64,000 nt of DNA from positions 462-64,461 of the forward strand of contig JAYTHP010000141.1 of the NCBI GenBank assembly GCA_043732485.1, given 5' to 3'. The notes beneath the pieces are model-generated. The model ran no database searches, was not told the origin of the DNA, and was given only the letters and a program-made list of their open reading frames with translations. Shown piece by piece: positions 18,575 through 28,934 of the stretch (position 1 is its first letter; each line of letters begins with the position of its first letter). Position numbers and translations under genes: made by a program. Origin of the DNA: Oligoflexia bacterium (lineage in GTDB: Bacteria > Bdellovibrionota > UBA1018).

Positions 18575-20751
18575 GAGCTCAAGCCCCGCGTGGGTCTGAA
18601 GTGAGTAGGCAGACTGAAGAGCGTGTCTTTTTCTGGTGATTTGCCGTCGCCGAGAGGCGGCGGCAGGCCCAGCAGGTGCTGGCTGAAGCAGTGGTCTTCC
18701 ATGCTTGCAATCTGCAGCGGTAACACGCCAAAAGCAGGCACCTCAAGCGCAAACAGCTCACACGGCTTAGCCTCTTTTGTGTTGACGCTTGGCGCGCCCT
18801 GGTGCGATGCGCTGGCTTCGGAGTGCGCGGTGGTCGTCTGCGCGCAGCGGGCGCCTAAATCTGAGGCCAACACGGGCTCCGAAAAGGTGAGATGAGCTAA
18901 ACAGCCCTCAGCCCGGGGATTGAGAATAAATAGCACCCAGTCGTGCTCGCCCGGGGCGTGAAAGACCATTTGCTCGAGATACGGTAAATCCAGGCTGCAG
19001 CGCGGAGTGATGCCGGCAAGCGAGAGGGCAACTTGTAAGAAGCGCTTCAACACCGCAAACGGCTCTTGCTCCCCCGGCAGGGTCTCAAACGGATCCATCA
19101 GCAGCAAGCGTCCCTGGCCTAGGGCATACAAAGAAAAATGAAAACCGAGATTGATTTCCACCCCTTGCGCTTCCAAAAAGATCGCTTCTAACTCCTTGCG
19201 CGCTAATTCGGTAAAAAACGGGCTCCGCGGCAAGACCAACACCCGGCTGTGGCCCCCTTTGACCCAGGCTAATAACTTTTCCAGCAACTCCTGCGTCAAA
19301 ATCGTCTCACCGTCGACAATCAGTAAGCTTGCTTCCCCTTGAAAACTCAGTTCTTCTGGCTGACTCAGCACGGCGGCTTGCACGCCTAAGGTCCGCTGCA
19401 ACTCCTCCCATAACAAACTGGAGCGCGACCACAAGTGCGGCAAAAAATAGAGGGCCTGCCTGCGTAATTGTAATTTTTTCTGCTGCAAAAGCGCCGCTAC
19501 CCCTTCCGCACGCTGACGAAAAGAGTCTGAAAAACCTGACCAAACTGCTTCGTCTAAAAACACGCCCCCGCCTCGCCCGCAGGCAAGCAGCAGACTTTTT
19601 AAAAATAAGAAACACCGCTCCGACTCCCGTAATTCCTGAAAACCACCAATGGCCGTCCAATGCACCCAGGAACTGATCGGCTGGGAGCCAGCGCCCATCG
19701 ATAACCCAGCACCTGCTGCATCCAGCAAATGAGAAAGGGTTTGAAAATGCGGCCCCGCTCCCTGCAACACCCCTTGCAACAACCGCGCGTAGGTGAGCAA
19801 GGGATCCACCTCAGGCGTATAGATCTCCAGCTCCTGCACCTGTAAGTCTTTGTTTTTACGGGTTAAACTATGTAACGTCCTTTGTCGAAAGCCATTTTCT
19901 GCTTGCTGCGCAAGCCACTTGCCACTGGCCTCCTCAAAAGGCTTTGATTTCCAGCGGTTCTCCCCGCCGCTACCACCTCTTTTTTCAGAAGGGGTTGCGG
20001 AATTGAATTCCCGTTGATGCAACAGGGTCTCAAGCCTGCTGCGATAATGCAGCAGGGCCTGACGCGAGCGGTCGCCACAGTCACCTGCAAAGGCCCGCAC
20101 ACCGGCTGAGCGGAAATAGGTACTAGAAGCCAGCGTTTCTTCCTGGGCTAAGCGTAAAAACGCCAAACCCTCTTGCGTGGGGAGTAAGCCGCGGTAATAT
20201 TTCCACAAACTACCACTAACGCACACCTGCACCGCCTCCCTCATCTGGGGATGGGTGCGAAAAAACCCCTCTAAAACGCTTTCAATCCTGCCCAAAAACA
20301 AGGCATAGCGCTTCATCAACTCTGGCGCGAGCAAGGAGGGCAGGACAAAGGTGTTGGGTGGAAAGTGCACGACAAATGTGTTAGACTCAGAGTCGGAAGC
20401 GAGATTGTCAGCGCGCGAGACCAGATCTTTTGGAAAACCTGAATGAGGGTAGTGTAAGCCAAGCTCAGGTGTCACGATCAAGGAGACTTGAAAGTTGTTT
20501 TCAGCCACCAGTTGCAAAAAGTGATGCAAGGAATGGGAAATATCCGATTCCGCGGCCTGCCAAGGGATGAAAGTGGCGACCTGGGGGGACCCCTGCTGTA
20601 ACCAGGAGCTTAATTTTTTTTGAATTACTTTAGTCGGATATTCCCAATAATTTAAAAGCAGCACGATTGATTTTAAGCGGTGGGACGTCATCGAAGTGAG
20701 CGCAAACTCAGCCATACTGAAAATTATGGCATGGACCGGAACAGGAGTCAC
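18565..20751 (-). CDS. large hypothetical protein (728 aa)
   Basis: long ORF in GC-rich frame with plausible composition; no motif recognised. Confidence 0.5.
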   Translation of the reverse strand: MTPVPVHAIIFSMAEFALTSMTSHRLKSIVLLLNYWEYPTKVIQKKLSSWLQQGSPQVATFIPWQAAESDISHSLHHFLQLVAENNFQVSLIVTPELGLHYPHSGFPKDLVSRADNLASDSESNTFVVHFPPNTFVLPSLLAPELMKRYALFLGRIESVLEGFFRTHPQMREAVQVCVSGSLWKYYRGLLPTQEGLAFLRLAQEETLASSTYFRSAGVRAFAGDCGDRSRQALLHYRSRLETLLHQREFNSATPSEKRGGSGGENRWKSKPFEEASGKWLAQQAENGFRQRTLHSLTRKNKDLQVQELEIYTPEVDPLLTYARLLQGVLQGAGPHFQTLSHLLDAAGAGLSMGAGSQPISSWVHWTAIGGFQELRESERCFLFLKSLLLACGRGGGVFLDEAVWSGFSDSFRQRAEGVAALLQQKKLQLRRQALYFLPHLWSRSSLLWEELQRTLGVQAAVLSQPEELSFQGEASLLIVDGETILTQELLEKLLAWVKGGHSRVLVLPRSPFFTELARKELEAIFLEAQGVEINLGFHFSLYALGQGRLLLMDPFETLPGEQEPFAVLKRFLQVALSLAGITPRCSLDLPYLEQMVFHAPGEHDWVLFILNPRAEGCLAHLTFSEPVLASDLGARCAQTTTAHSEASASHQGAPSVNTKEAKPCELFALEVPAFGVLPLQIASMEDHCFSQHLLGLPPPLGDGKSPEKDTLFSLPTHFRPTRGLSSWS

Positions 20752-21994
20752 CTTTATGTATTTTTTTTCGCAAGAAGATTACTTTTTACAAGACGCCGTC
20801 CGCCAATTCTCCCAAAGCGAACTGGCCCCAAGCCTTGCCTACTTTGAAGAACAAGAAACCCTGAACCTTGCCGCTTTTCGCAAAATGGGGCCTTTAGGCT
20901 GGCTCGGAATCACCGTCCCCTTAGAAGACGGAGGCAGTGGCCAAGGCGCGGTGGCAGCGACCCTGATTTTAGAAGAATTAGCCACCGTGGACGCCTCAAC
21001 CGCGTTGTCGTTTCTCTCCCACGCCATCTTGTGTGTCCATCAAGTCGCCCAAAACTGCACCCCAGCGCAAAAAGCCCACTCACTGCAAGCGTTACTCTCC
21101 GGCGCAAGCATCGGAGGCATGGCGATGTCGGAACCGGAAGCCGGGTCGGATGCCTTGGGCATGACCACCAAAGCGCAGTATCAAGCCACCCAGGACAGCT
21201 ATCTCTTAAACGGCACTAAAGCTTGGGTTACCAATGGTCCGGTGGGCGATTTCTTTTATACTTACGCCCGCACCGGAGCGGACAAAAAGCAAATCTCGTC
21301 TTTTTTGATCCCCCGCTCGCTTGCCGGGCTGTCGTTGGGTAAAAAACTCAAGAAACTCGGCATGCGCGCCTCGCCGACTTGTGAGCTGATCTTTGAGCAA
21401 TGCCAGGTGCCGGCGAGCCTCAGAGTGGGTGAGGAAGGCGGCAGCGTTTATTTAATGATGAAAAACTTAGACTTAGAGCGGATCACCATTGCCGGTATTT
21501 CTTTAGGCATCGCCCAGGCGGCGCTTGCGGTAGCAACCCTTTATGCCACCCAGCGTAAGGCCTTTGGGAAAACCATCGGCTCGTTTCAGCAGATTCAAGC
21601 GCAATTGGCCGATGCTTCAGCGTCGCTTGCCGCCTGTCGCGCCTTAACCTACCAGGCTGCCAAAATGTGGGACTTAAACCTCCTGAATGGCAAACAAGCC
21701 GGAGTGATGGCGGCCCAAGCCAAACTGCAATCGGCGCAGATGGCCACCCAAGTGTCGCTGGTGGCGATTCAAATCCTGGGGGGATCAGGCTACACGAGAG
21801 AATTTCCGGTGGAGCGCTATTTGCGTGATGCAAAATTGATTGAAATTGGGGCAGGCACCAATGAGATCTTGCGCCTGATCATTGCCAAACAGATGCTCAA
21901 CACCGCCCAGACGGAGGTCACCTTGTCCCAGCCCGCAAGCAGTCTTCCACCCACAGGGCTGCATTCGCCCCACGCTACTGGCATCACGCTTTAA
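20696..21994 (+). CDS. acyl-CoA dehydrogenase family protein (isovaleryl/short-branched-chain-like)
   Basis: conserved ACAD blocks: GMAMSEPEAGSD, YxLNGxKxWxTNG, QxxGGxGYxxExPxERxxRDAKxxEIGxGTNEI. Alternative start at Met ~20725/20756. Confidence 0.85.
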   Translation: MSANSAILKIMAWTGTGVTFMYFFSQEDYFLQDAVRQFSQSELAPSLAYFEEQETLNLAAFRKMGPLGWLGITVPLEDGGSGQGAVAATLILEELATVDASTALSFLSHAILCVHQVAQNCTPAQKAHSLQALLSGASIGGMAMSEPEAGSDALGMTTKAQYQATQDSYLLNGTKAWVTNGPVGDFFYTYARTGADKKQISSFLIPRSLAGLSLGKKLKKLGMRASPTCELIFEQCQVPASLRVGEEGGSVYLMMKNLDLERITIAGISLGIAQAALAVATLYATQRKAFGKTIGSFQQIQAQLADASASLAACRALTYQAAKMWDLNLLNGKQAGVMAAQAKLQSAQMATQVSLVAIQILGGSGYTREFPVERYLRDAKLIEIGAGTNEILRLIIAKQMLNTAQTEVTLSQPASSLPPTGLHSPHATGITL

Positions 21995-22079
21995 TAACCA
22001 AAAAAAGGGGGACTGCGGCGAGGGCTTGCGGCGCTTTGCGCTTGACGAGGCCAGTGAACTTTGACCATACTGGGCGGCT

Positions 22080-23036
22080 ATGATGACCTATTCCCCGCAA
22101 CAGTCGCTTAAAAATAACGTTAGCAACGGACCTCATCGCCCAAGGCTTGATGCCAGCAACCCTCCTCCCCCCAAGCCTCGTCTTTTACGGTCGCTTGCCT
22201 GTCGCTTGCAGTCCAGTCTGGGTTCTAGGCGGTTCGGACTTGTGTGGCTCGGTCTTGCGCTGCTTGCCCCCCATTTCAGTTATGCAGTGACCGAGGAGGC
22301 TGTGATCTGGAAGATCGAAGATCAAGGCGCCGAGCTGGATGGCCCGTGGAACTCAGGAGCCTATTCAGCGCATATTTTTTTAAAATCACAAGGCAGCCCC
22401 CTCACGCTGGAAGAAGTCTTGCTCTTATGTCCAGCTTATGCCATTCGCAGTGAATTTGCTCCCTCACCGCCAAAAATTTTGGAAGCCAACATGAAGAAGG
22501 CCTGCGGTGAGGAAGAGACCTGCTTAAAGACTTTTGAAGTCGGTTCCCTGGCCCTGACCCTGTCTGCGCAGGAGGTGATTCAGGAATTACAAAGCCACTT
22601 AAAACAGGGACCGATGATCTTGTTTGTCAAAAAGGGCATTGAACAGCATCCGCTGGCAGGCACCATCGTACAATTACATCATTTGGTGGTTTATGGCTTT
22701 GAGCCTGGGAGGGAGGCTGACCCGGCAGGCGCTCCAGTGGAAGCCCTCCAGTTTTTAGTCTATGAAAACCAAAAGCACCCAGAAACCGGCGAGCGGCGGC
22801 AAAAAATCTCAGGCTCTCAGCTGGTCGACGACTGGTCGTGGGACGTGGCCGACTCCACCCGACCGGAATACAATGCGCTGGTGAGCAGGGTGTTCCTGAA
22901 AGTGGGCTTAACCGCGCGCTCTTTCATTCGGTCGCTGGATGCCACCCGCTTTCAGCTGGAAACTCAGCCTGCAACCGCCAACAATGAGATCGCCCCAGAG
23001 CCTACCGCTCTGGCCCTTGCAGTTGCAGGAGAATAG
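22080..23036 (+). CDS. hypothetical membrane-anchored/secreted protein
   Basis: 318-aa ORF with hydrophobic segment FGLVWLGLALLAPHFSYA after a Pro/Arg-rich N-terminus. Confidence 0.45.
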   Translation: MMTYSPQQSLKNNVSNGPHRPRLDASNPPPPKPRLLRSLACRLQSSLGSRRFGLVWLGLALLAPHFSYAVTEEAVIWKIEDQGAELDGPWNSGAYSAHIFLKSQGSPLTLEEVLLLCPAYAIRSEFAPSPPKILEANMKKACGEEETCLKTFEVGSLALTLSAQEVIQELQSHLKQGPMILFVKKGIEQHPLAGTIVQLHHLVVYGFEPGREADPAGAPVEALQFLVYENQKHPETGERRQKISGSQLVDDWSWDVADSTRPEYNALVSRVFLKVGLTARSFIRSLDATRFQLETQPATANNEIAPEPTALALAVAGE

Positions 23037-23193
23037 TCTAACGTCAGTGCCACGCGAAGGTGTGCCGCCTCGCCGGTCTTGAATCTTGGGGTCAATCTCA
23101 GGATCGATCTCAAGGTCGATCTTGGGCTGACTCTGGGGCTTGACTTTTGCTAGTCATTGACGGCAGACTTTCAATGAGAAGGAAGGCAGTTTT

Positions 23194-24585
23194 ATGGCCA
23201 TTACCGCTTTGCGCTTAGGCAGCGCTCCACTGACGATCGACTGGAGTCACCTGTTACTGAAACCCGTCACCGACCCCGCAGCGCTAGAGCGCAAATTTCA
23301 AGACACTTGGGAGACCCTCAAGCAACGCTTCTCGGCGTCTGACGTCGGCTTCTACTTGACGCCTGAAGACCCTACATTGTCGCAGCTGCCCCAGGTCCTG
23401 GAGTTGTCCGAGCGGCTCTTGAGCTCGCGCCGCTTTCAAGATTGTCTGATTTTAGGCATTGGCGGCAGTGCCTTGGGCCCGATGAGTTTACTGGAAAGCC
23501 TCAAAGACCGGATGCGGCCCAACAACAACGACGGCCCAGGCACTCTCCGCTTTCATTTTTTAGAGAACCCTGATCCCTTGGAATGGCAGGCCTTAATCCA
23601 CAAGCTCAACCCTGAGACCACCTTAGTCTGTGCCATTACGAAATCGGGGACCACCTTTGAGACCATGGCGCAAGTGCTCTTGGCCTTGGAGTGGTTGGGG
23701 CGTAAACGCTGGATGACCCACCTGGTGACCCTCACTGACCCCAAGGCCGGAGATTTAAGGGCCTTTACCCAGCAAGAACAGATCCCGACCCTGATCATCC
23801 CGCCTTCGATTGGCGGAAGATTCAGTATTTTTTCCTCAGTCGGGCTCTTTCCAGCCGCTTTAGCGGGCTTGGACGTCGCTGATTTCTTAGAAGGGGCCAA
23901 ACGGGTGCGCGATTTTATCGAAAAAGCTCCGCCCCTTAAAAACCCGCTCTTTTTAATGGCCCAAGCGCTTTTAGAGCAAAGCGAACAACGCCCGGTGCAT
24001 ATCTTCATGCCCTACTCCACCCGCTTGCGGCTGATTGGCTCGTGGTTTGTGCAATTGTGGGGAGAAAGTCTCGCCAAAGACGGTAAAGGTTTTACACCGG
24101 TGGCAGCTTTAGGAGCCACCGACCAACATAGCTTGCTGCAGCTCTTAAGCGATGGACCGGACGATAAGGTGACCTTTTTTGTGACCCTCGACCAGGTGCC
24201 AGAACCCACCGTGATTCCGCAGCCTTTTTCGCTAGCCACGGCGCAAACTTACCCGGCGTTTCAGCTGCTCAGTGGCCATCACTTGCAGCAGCTGCTGACG
24301 ATTGAACAGCAAGCCACCTCCTTAGTGTTAACTCGCAAGCAGCGACCGCACTGTCACTTTAAATTAGATCAACTGAACGAACGCTCCTTAGGCGCGCTCT
24401 ATTTTGCCACCGCAACGCTTACGGCTTTTACCGGCACACTGTGGGGCGTGAATCCGTTTGATCAACCCGGGGTGGAAGAGGTTAAAAAGTACATTCGTGA
24501 GATGCTCACCGGGCTGAGACAAACTCAGCAACAACAGTCCGCCACCACCCCTTGGAGTCAGAGCCCTGAAGCAAGGCTACTGTGA
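23194..24585 (+). CDS. pgi: glucose-6-phosphate isomerase (short bacterial type)
   Basis: LILGIGGSALGP sugar-isomerase signature, SKSGTTFET, GGRFSxxSxVG motifs in canonical order. Confidence 0.85.
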   Translation: MAITALRLGSAPLTIDWSHLLLKPVTDPAALERKFQDTWETLKQRFSASDVGFYLTPEDPTLSQLPQVLELSERLLSSRRFQDCLILGIGGSALGPMSLLESLKDRMRPNNNDGPGTLRFHFLENPDPLEWQALIHKLNPETTLVCAITKSGTTFETMAQVLLALEWLGRKRWMTHLVTLTDPKAGDLRAFTQQEQIPTLIIPPSIGGRFSIFSSVGLFPAALAGLDVADFLEGAKRVRDFIEKAPPLKNPLFLMAQALLEQSEQRPVHIFMPYSTRLRLIGSWFVQLWGESLAKDGKGFTPVAALGATDQHSLLQLLSDGPDDKVTFFVTLDQVPEPTVIPQPFSLATAQTYPAFQLLSGHHLQQLLTIEQQATSLVLTRKQRPHCHFKLDQLNERSLGALYFATATLTAFTGTLWGVNPFDQPGVEEVKKYIREMLTGLRQTQQQQSATTPWSQSPEARLL

Positions 24586-24633
24586 TCCTCGTGTCTTGGT
24601 CAAGAGGGGCTTGTTGAGGTTTTTTTTTCGAGA

Positions 24634-25608
24634 TTGACGTCAGCCTCGTTCCGCCTTAACATGACAAGAAGAGATATGAACGGCGCAGAAGAAACGGATC
24701 CTAAAAGTGAAAACACCACCGTCTTGCTAGGGGGCCACGGCACCCTCTCGGCTGAGTTACAACGCGCCAAAGAGCAAGAGGCCTGTTTGATTATGATTCG
24801 CGGCACCCCGCAAGGGCATCGCTTCTTTCTCAACCAGTCCCTCATGACCATCGGACGCGACTTAAGCGCAGAAATTAGCGTGGCAGATCAGGGCATCTCG
24901 CGAAAACACGCCCAAATCACCAAAAACGGCACAGAAATCAAGATCAGCGACCTGGGCTCAGCCAATGGGACGTTTGTGAACGATAAAAGGCTTGCCTCTG
25001 AGCAGACCGTCGTGCTGGTGAAAGAAGACATGGTGAAGCTGGGCAATACCATTTTAAAGTTCTTACCAGCAGGCGAAATTGAAATCCTTTTCTACGGTAA
25101 CTTAGGCCTGGCGGCCCATACCGACTCGCTGACCAAGGTTTACAACAAAGGCTATCTGCTGGAAGCGCTTGAGGCAGAATTTAAGCGCGCGAAAGCCTTG
25201 CACACCGACTTTTCGCTGGTTTTTTTTGATTTAGACCATTTTAAGCGCATTAATGATACTTATGGGCACGAGGCAGGCGATTTAGTGCTGATCCAACTCA
25301 CCCAGCTGATTCGCACCCAGCACTTAAGAACCCACGACGTTTTTGCGCGCTACGGGGGTGAGGAGTTCGTTATTTTACTGGCCAGCACTGACGAAGTAGG
25401 CGCCCTCGAGACGGCGGAAAAAATCCGAGCAGGGATTGAGCATCACGCCTTCACTTACGAGAAGCAGCGCCTGCCGGTTACCGTCAGTGTCGGGGTGGCA
25501 ACGCTTACGGGGATGGTGGAATCAGCTTCCACCCTTCTGCGAAATGCCGATCGAGCCTTATACCAGGCCAAACAAAATGGCCGCAATCAGGTCTTGGCGT
25601 TCACTTAA
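24634..25608 (+). CDS. FHA-domain diguanylate cyclase (FHA + GGDEF)
   Basis: N-terminal FHA-like block (TIGRDLSAEISVADQGISRKHAQI...GSANGTFVN) and C-terminal GGDEF domain with RYGGEEF active-site motif and HxxGD upstream. Confidence 0.85.
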   Translation: MTSASFRLNMTRRDMNGAEETDPKSENTTVLLGGHGTLSAELQRAKEQEACLIMIRGTPQGHRFFLNQSLMTIGRDLSAEISVADQGISRKHAQITKNGTEIKISDLGSANGTFVNDKRLASEQTVVLVKEDMVKLGNTILKFLPAGEIEILFYGNLGLAAHTDSLTKVYNKGYLLEALEAEFKRAKALHTDFSLVFFDLDHFKRINDTYGHEAGDLVLIQLTQLIRTQHLRTHDVFARYGGEEFVILLASTDEVGALETAEKIRAGIEHHAFTYEKQRLPVTVSVGVATLTGMVESASTLLRNADRALYQAKQNGRNQVLAFT

Positions 25609-25638
25609 CTTTGACTGAGCGCTCCTGGCAACCCACGC

Positions 25639-28008
25639 TTGGAAAACACGGGAGCGCTTGACGCCTCTCAAAACACAAGGTTTTTTTTCGAAAGCAAGCG
25701 CAAAGGCAAACTAAAATCCATGTCCTCTCCCTCCGCCACAACGATCCGCATCCTCCCGCCACTGATTGCCGAGCGAATTGCCGCAGGCGAGACCATCGAG
25801 CGACCGATGAACGTGGTCAAGGAGCTCGTGGAAAACTCGCTTGATGCCGGTGCCACCCTGATTGAAGTGACGCTTGAGCAAGGCGGACAGCAGCTGATTC
25901 AAGTCACCGATAATGGCACAGGGATGAGTCCTGAGGACCTGAGTTTGTGTATTGCCCGCCATGCCACCAGTAAGTTAACGACGCTTGAGGACCTGCAAAG
26001 CATGAGCACGCTGGGTTTTCGCGGCGAGGCCTTAGCAAGCATCTCGGCGGTGGCCGAGGTCACTCTCACTTCGCAGAGCAAAGTCCCACTCCTCGATCAC
26101 GACGCATCACCCTCATCACCTCCCTTAGCCAACGCGACCTATCAGCTGCGGGTGGGAGATCTAGCGACGCGTTTTGCGCAATCGTTGGTCCCGGAAAAAA
26201 CCACTCGCGGCCATTTCTTGCACTCCCCGCACGGCAGTGAAATTCAGGTGCAAGGACTGTTCTCGCAGATCCCAGCCAGGCTCAGGTTCCTGAAGTCACC
26301 CAGCAGCGAGGTGGCCCAGGTGCGCGACTGCCTAGAAAAACTAGCGCTCGCCTATCCGGCCGTAGGCTTTAAACTGGTAAGTAATGACCGGGTGCTCTTT
26401 GATTTAGCCGCAAGCGATCTGGCCACCCGGATGCGCATCGTGCTGGCTGAGAGCGAAGACTTTCCGATTCGATCAGCGACTTTCACCCCTGAGGATGCTC
26501 GCGACCGCGGACTAGCCATGACCTTGCACTGGATTCAAGGCTACCACACCTCACACACTCGTAAGATCATCCAAGTCGTCAACCTGCGGGTGGTGAAAGA
26601 CCGCTTGCTGCAACAAGCCCTGCTCTTGCCGTTTAAGCAAAGTCTCTTGCCAGGGCATTTCCCGGTGTTGTTTCTTGATCTGACGATCAACCCTGCTGCC
26701 ATTGACGTGAACGTGCACCCGCATAAGACGGAAATTCGCTTCCTGAACTCGCAAAAGATTTTTCAAGCACTCGATCAACTCGTCCGTCAACTGCTGCGTC
26801 AACAGTTCGTAGGTCATCCTCATCATCCAACAACCACGACGCCTCCTACCTTCTCGCCCGCCATCGCTCAGCAGGACGACGAGTCGTGGTCGTCAGCATC
26901 GTCATCGTCACCTTCATCAAGAGCCGCACCCTCCCCCGTACCCTGGACCACCCGGCTTGCGCAAGAAAGCCCACGCTGGCAACAGCAGCCCTTAGTCGAA
27001 GGCCCACCCCCCGCATCATCACTCTTTTTACCGGACGAATCTGCGACAGAGCCTGTGACGGGACTGCCCTCTCAGAATCAGGCGCCGCATGCTCCCGTAG
27101 CCACCCATGCGTCCATTTTTGGCTCCACACCCAGAACAACCCCGCGCTCGCACGTGCTTACCAACACACACACGCCGCCGCCGCCGCCGCCGCCTTTCAG
27201 ACCTCCGTTCCTGGCTGGTAGCAACCAGACCTGGGCGCGCCCACAACTCCCCAGCGATTGGCTGCGCAACGCCCGCTGGATTGGGTCAGTTTTTCAGACC
27301 TATTTACTTTACGAGAAGGCAGGCCAGCTGATTCTCATCGATCAGCACGCAGCCCATGAACGGATTCGCTATGAGTGCCTGAAGAAGCGATTTTTAGCCG
27401 GAGCGCCACCGTTAGCAGACGGCTCGGCGTCGTCGTGGATCGCCCCCAGCCAAAGGCTGCTCGTGCCTGAGACCTTGCACTTTAAAAGCGAACAGCTAGC
27501 GGCAGTGACCCAAGCCGTGCGCTGGTTTAACCAGCTGGGCTTTGAGGCAAGCCACTTAACAGGATTGCTGAGTATCAGCAGTATTCCCGCGGAATGGGGC
27601 GACTTTCAGGTCAAACCCCGCCTCAAAAGTCTCCTAGAGCGCATGTTGCTGCAACAAGAAAGAGCAGAAGACGCCCACGCTCAAGCAGCGGCAAGCGCGG
27701 GGGAAGAAGCACAGCCACCCTCCTCTGCGGGAGGTGATGCGCCAGAGCGTAGCGCAGAAAATCTACCGGGAAACATCCCAGAAAATCTTCCAGAAAACCT
27801 TATGGATGAGCTCTTGTTTGAAAAACTAGCCAGCGAAGCCTGCCACTCCTCCGTGCGCTCAGGCGACGTGCTGCATGAACTCTCGCAACTGGCCTTAACC
27901 GACCAGCTATTTCTTTGCGACCATCCCTGGAATTGTCCCCACGGGCGACCGACCGTGATACAAATTCCGGAAGAAAAATTGGAGCTATGGTTTCAACGCA
28001 CCCTCTAG
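25639..28008 (+). CDS. mutL: DNA mismatch repair protein MutL (endonuclease type); likely start at Met 25720
   Basis: N-terminal GHKL ATPase motifs (VVKELVENSLDAGAT, DNGTGM, GFRGEAL). Long Pro/Ser-rich linker. C-terminal DQHAAHERIRYE endonuclease motif. Confidence 0.9.
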   Translation: MENTGALDASQNTRFFFESKRKGKLKSMSSPSATTIRILPPLIAERIAAGETIERPMNVVKELVENSLDAGATLIEVTLEQGGQQLIQVTDNGTGMSPEDLSLCIARHATSKLTTLEDLQSMSTLGFRGEALASISAVAEVTLTSQSKVPLLDHDASPSSPPLANATYQLRVGDLATRFAQSLVPEKTTRGHFLHSPHGSEIQVQGLFSQIPARLRFLKSPSSEVAQVRDCLEKLALAYPAVGFKLVSNDRVLFDLAASDLATRMRIVLAESEDFPIRSATFTPEDARDRGLAMTLHWIQGYHTSHTRKIIQVVNLRVVKDRLLQQALLLPFKQSLLPGHFPVLFLDLTINPAAIDVNVHPHKTEIRFLNSQKIFQALDQLVRQLLRQQFVGHPHHPTTTTPPTFSPAIAQQDDESWSSASSSSPSSRAAPSPVPWTTRLAQESPRWQQQPLVEGPPPASSLFLPDESATEPVTGLPSQNQAPHAPVATHASIFGSTPRTTPRSHVLTNTHTPPPPPPPFRPPFLAGSNQTWARPQLPSDWLRNARWIGSVFQTYLLYEKAGQLILIDQHAAHERIRYECLKKRFLAGAPPLADGSASSWIAPSQRLLVPETLHFKSEQLAAVTQAVRWFNQLGFEASHLTGLLSISSIPAEWGDFQVKPRLKSLLERMLLQQERAEDAHAQAAASAGEEAQPPSSAGGDAPERSAENLPGNIPENLPENLMDELLFEKLASEACHSSVRSGDVLHELSQLALTDQLFLCDHPWNCPHGRPTVIQIPEEKLELWFQRTL

Positions 28009-28934
28009 TCGGCATCCTGACCGGACCGACCGCCTCAGGTAAAACCGCACTCTCCTTGCACCTCTCCTCGCTCCAACCGCAACTCGAGATCATCAATGCT
28101 GACAGTCTCTTGTTTTACAAAGAACTAGCCATCGGCACCGCCAAACCCACCCCCCGTGAGCTGGCCTCCGTCACCCATCATTTGATTGGCACCCATCAGC
28201 TGGATCAGCCCTTCAGTGCTGCTGACTTCTACCGCGCCGCGCAAACCTTGATCACCGAGATTACCGCGCGCGGCAAACGCGCTTTGATCGTCGGCGGCTC
28301 AGGCTTCTATCTCAAGGCCCTGCTTTTTGGTCTGTGGGAAGCCCCAGCCAGCGATCCTCAGGTCCGAGCCAGACTCAGCCACTTGAGCTTAACCGAGCTG
28401 CACCAGCAGTTGCTCGTGCAAGATCCCGAGTCGGCACAAAGCATCGGCGCGCACGATCGCTATCGCCTCGTGCGAGCCTTAGAAATTATTGAACTGTGCG
28501 GCAAAACCCCCACCCAGTTAAAAGCCCTGATGCCTACTCACCCCGACCCGCGGTTTGCACTGTGGGTGATTGACCGCTCGAACGCCGACTTACATCAGCG
28601 GATTGCCAGTCGCACCTCCCAAATGCTCGAAAACGGACTGATCGCTGAATACCAGACCTTTCAAGACCAGTATCCAGGGGCAGCAGGCTTAAAGTCGGTT
28701 GGCTACCTGCAGGTGGCGCAATGCTTAGGCAGCGGGCTAACGCTAAGCCCAGCGCAAATGACTGACAAGCTGAACGAATCCATTGCCTTAGCGACCCGAC
28801 AACTCGTCAAACGACAACGCACCTGGTTTCGCAATCAACTGGCTAAAATACCGCAATCTCAGCAATTTCTTTTAGACGCCCAGGGACAACAGCTTGAGGA
28901 AGCCTTTAAAAAGGTGTACAACCTGCCAACATGA
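27915..28934 (+). CDS. miaA: tRNA dimethylallyltransferase MiaA; likely start at Met 27987
   Basis: P-loop GPTASGKT near N-terminus; length and downstream blocks typical of MiaA. Confidence 0.85.
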   Translation: MRPSLELSPRATDRDTNSGRKIGAMVSTHPLVGILTGPTASGKTALSLHLSSLQPQLEIINADSLLFYKELAIGTAKPTPRELASVTHHLIGTHQLDQPFSAADFYRAAQTLITEITARGKRALIVGGSGFYLKALLFGLWEAPASDPQVRARLSHLSLTELHQQLLVQDPESAQSIGAHDRYRLVRALEIIELCGKTPTQLKALMPTHPDPRFALWVIDRSNADLHQRIASRTSQMLENGLIAEYQTFQDQYPGAAGLKSVGYLQVAQCLGSGLTLSPAQMTDKLNESIALATRQLVKRQRTWFRNQLAKIPQSQQFLLDAQGQQLEEAFKKVYNLPT

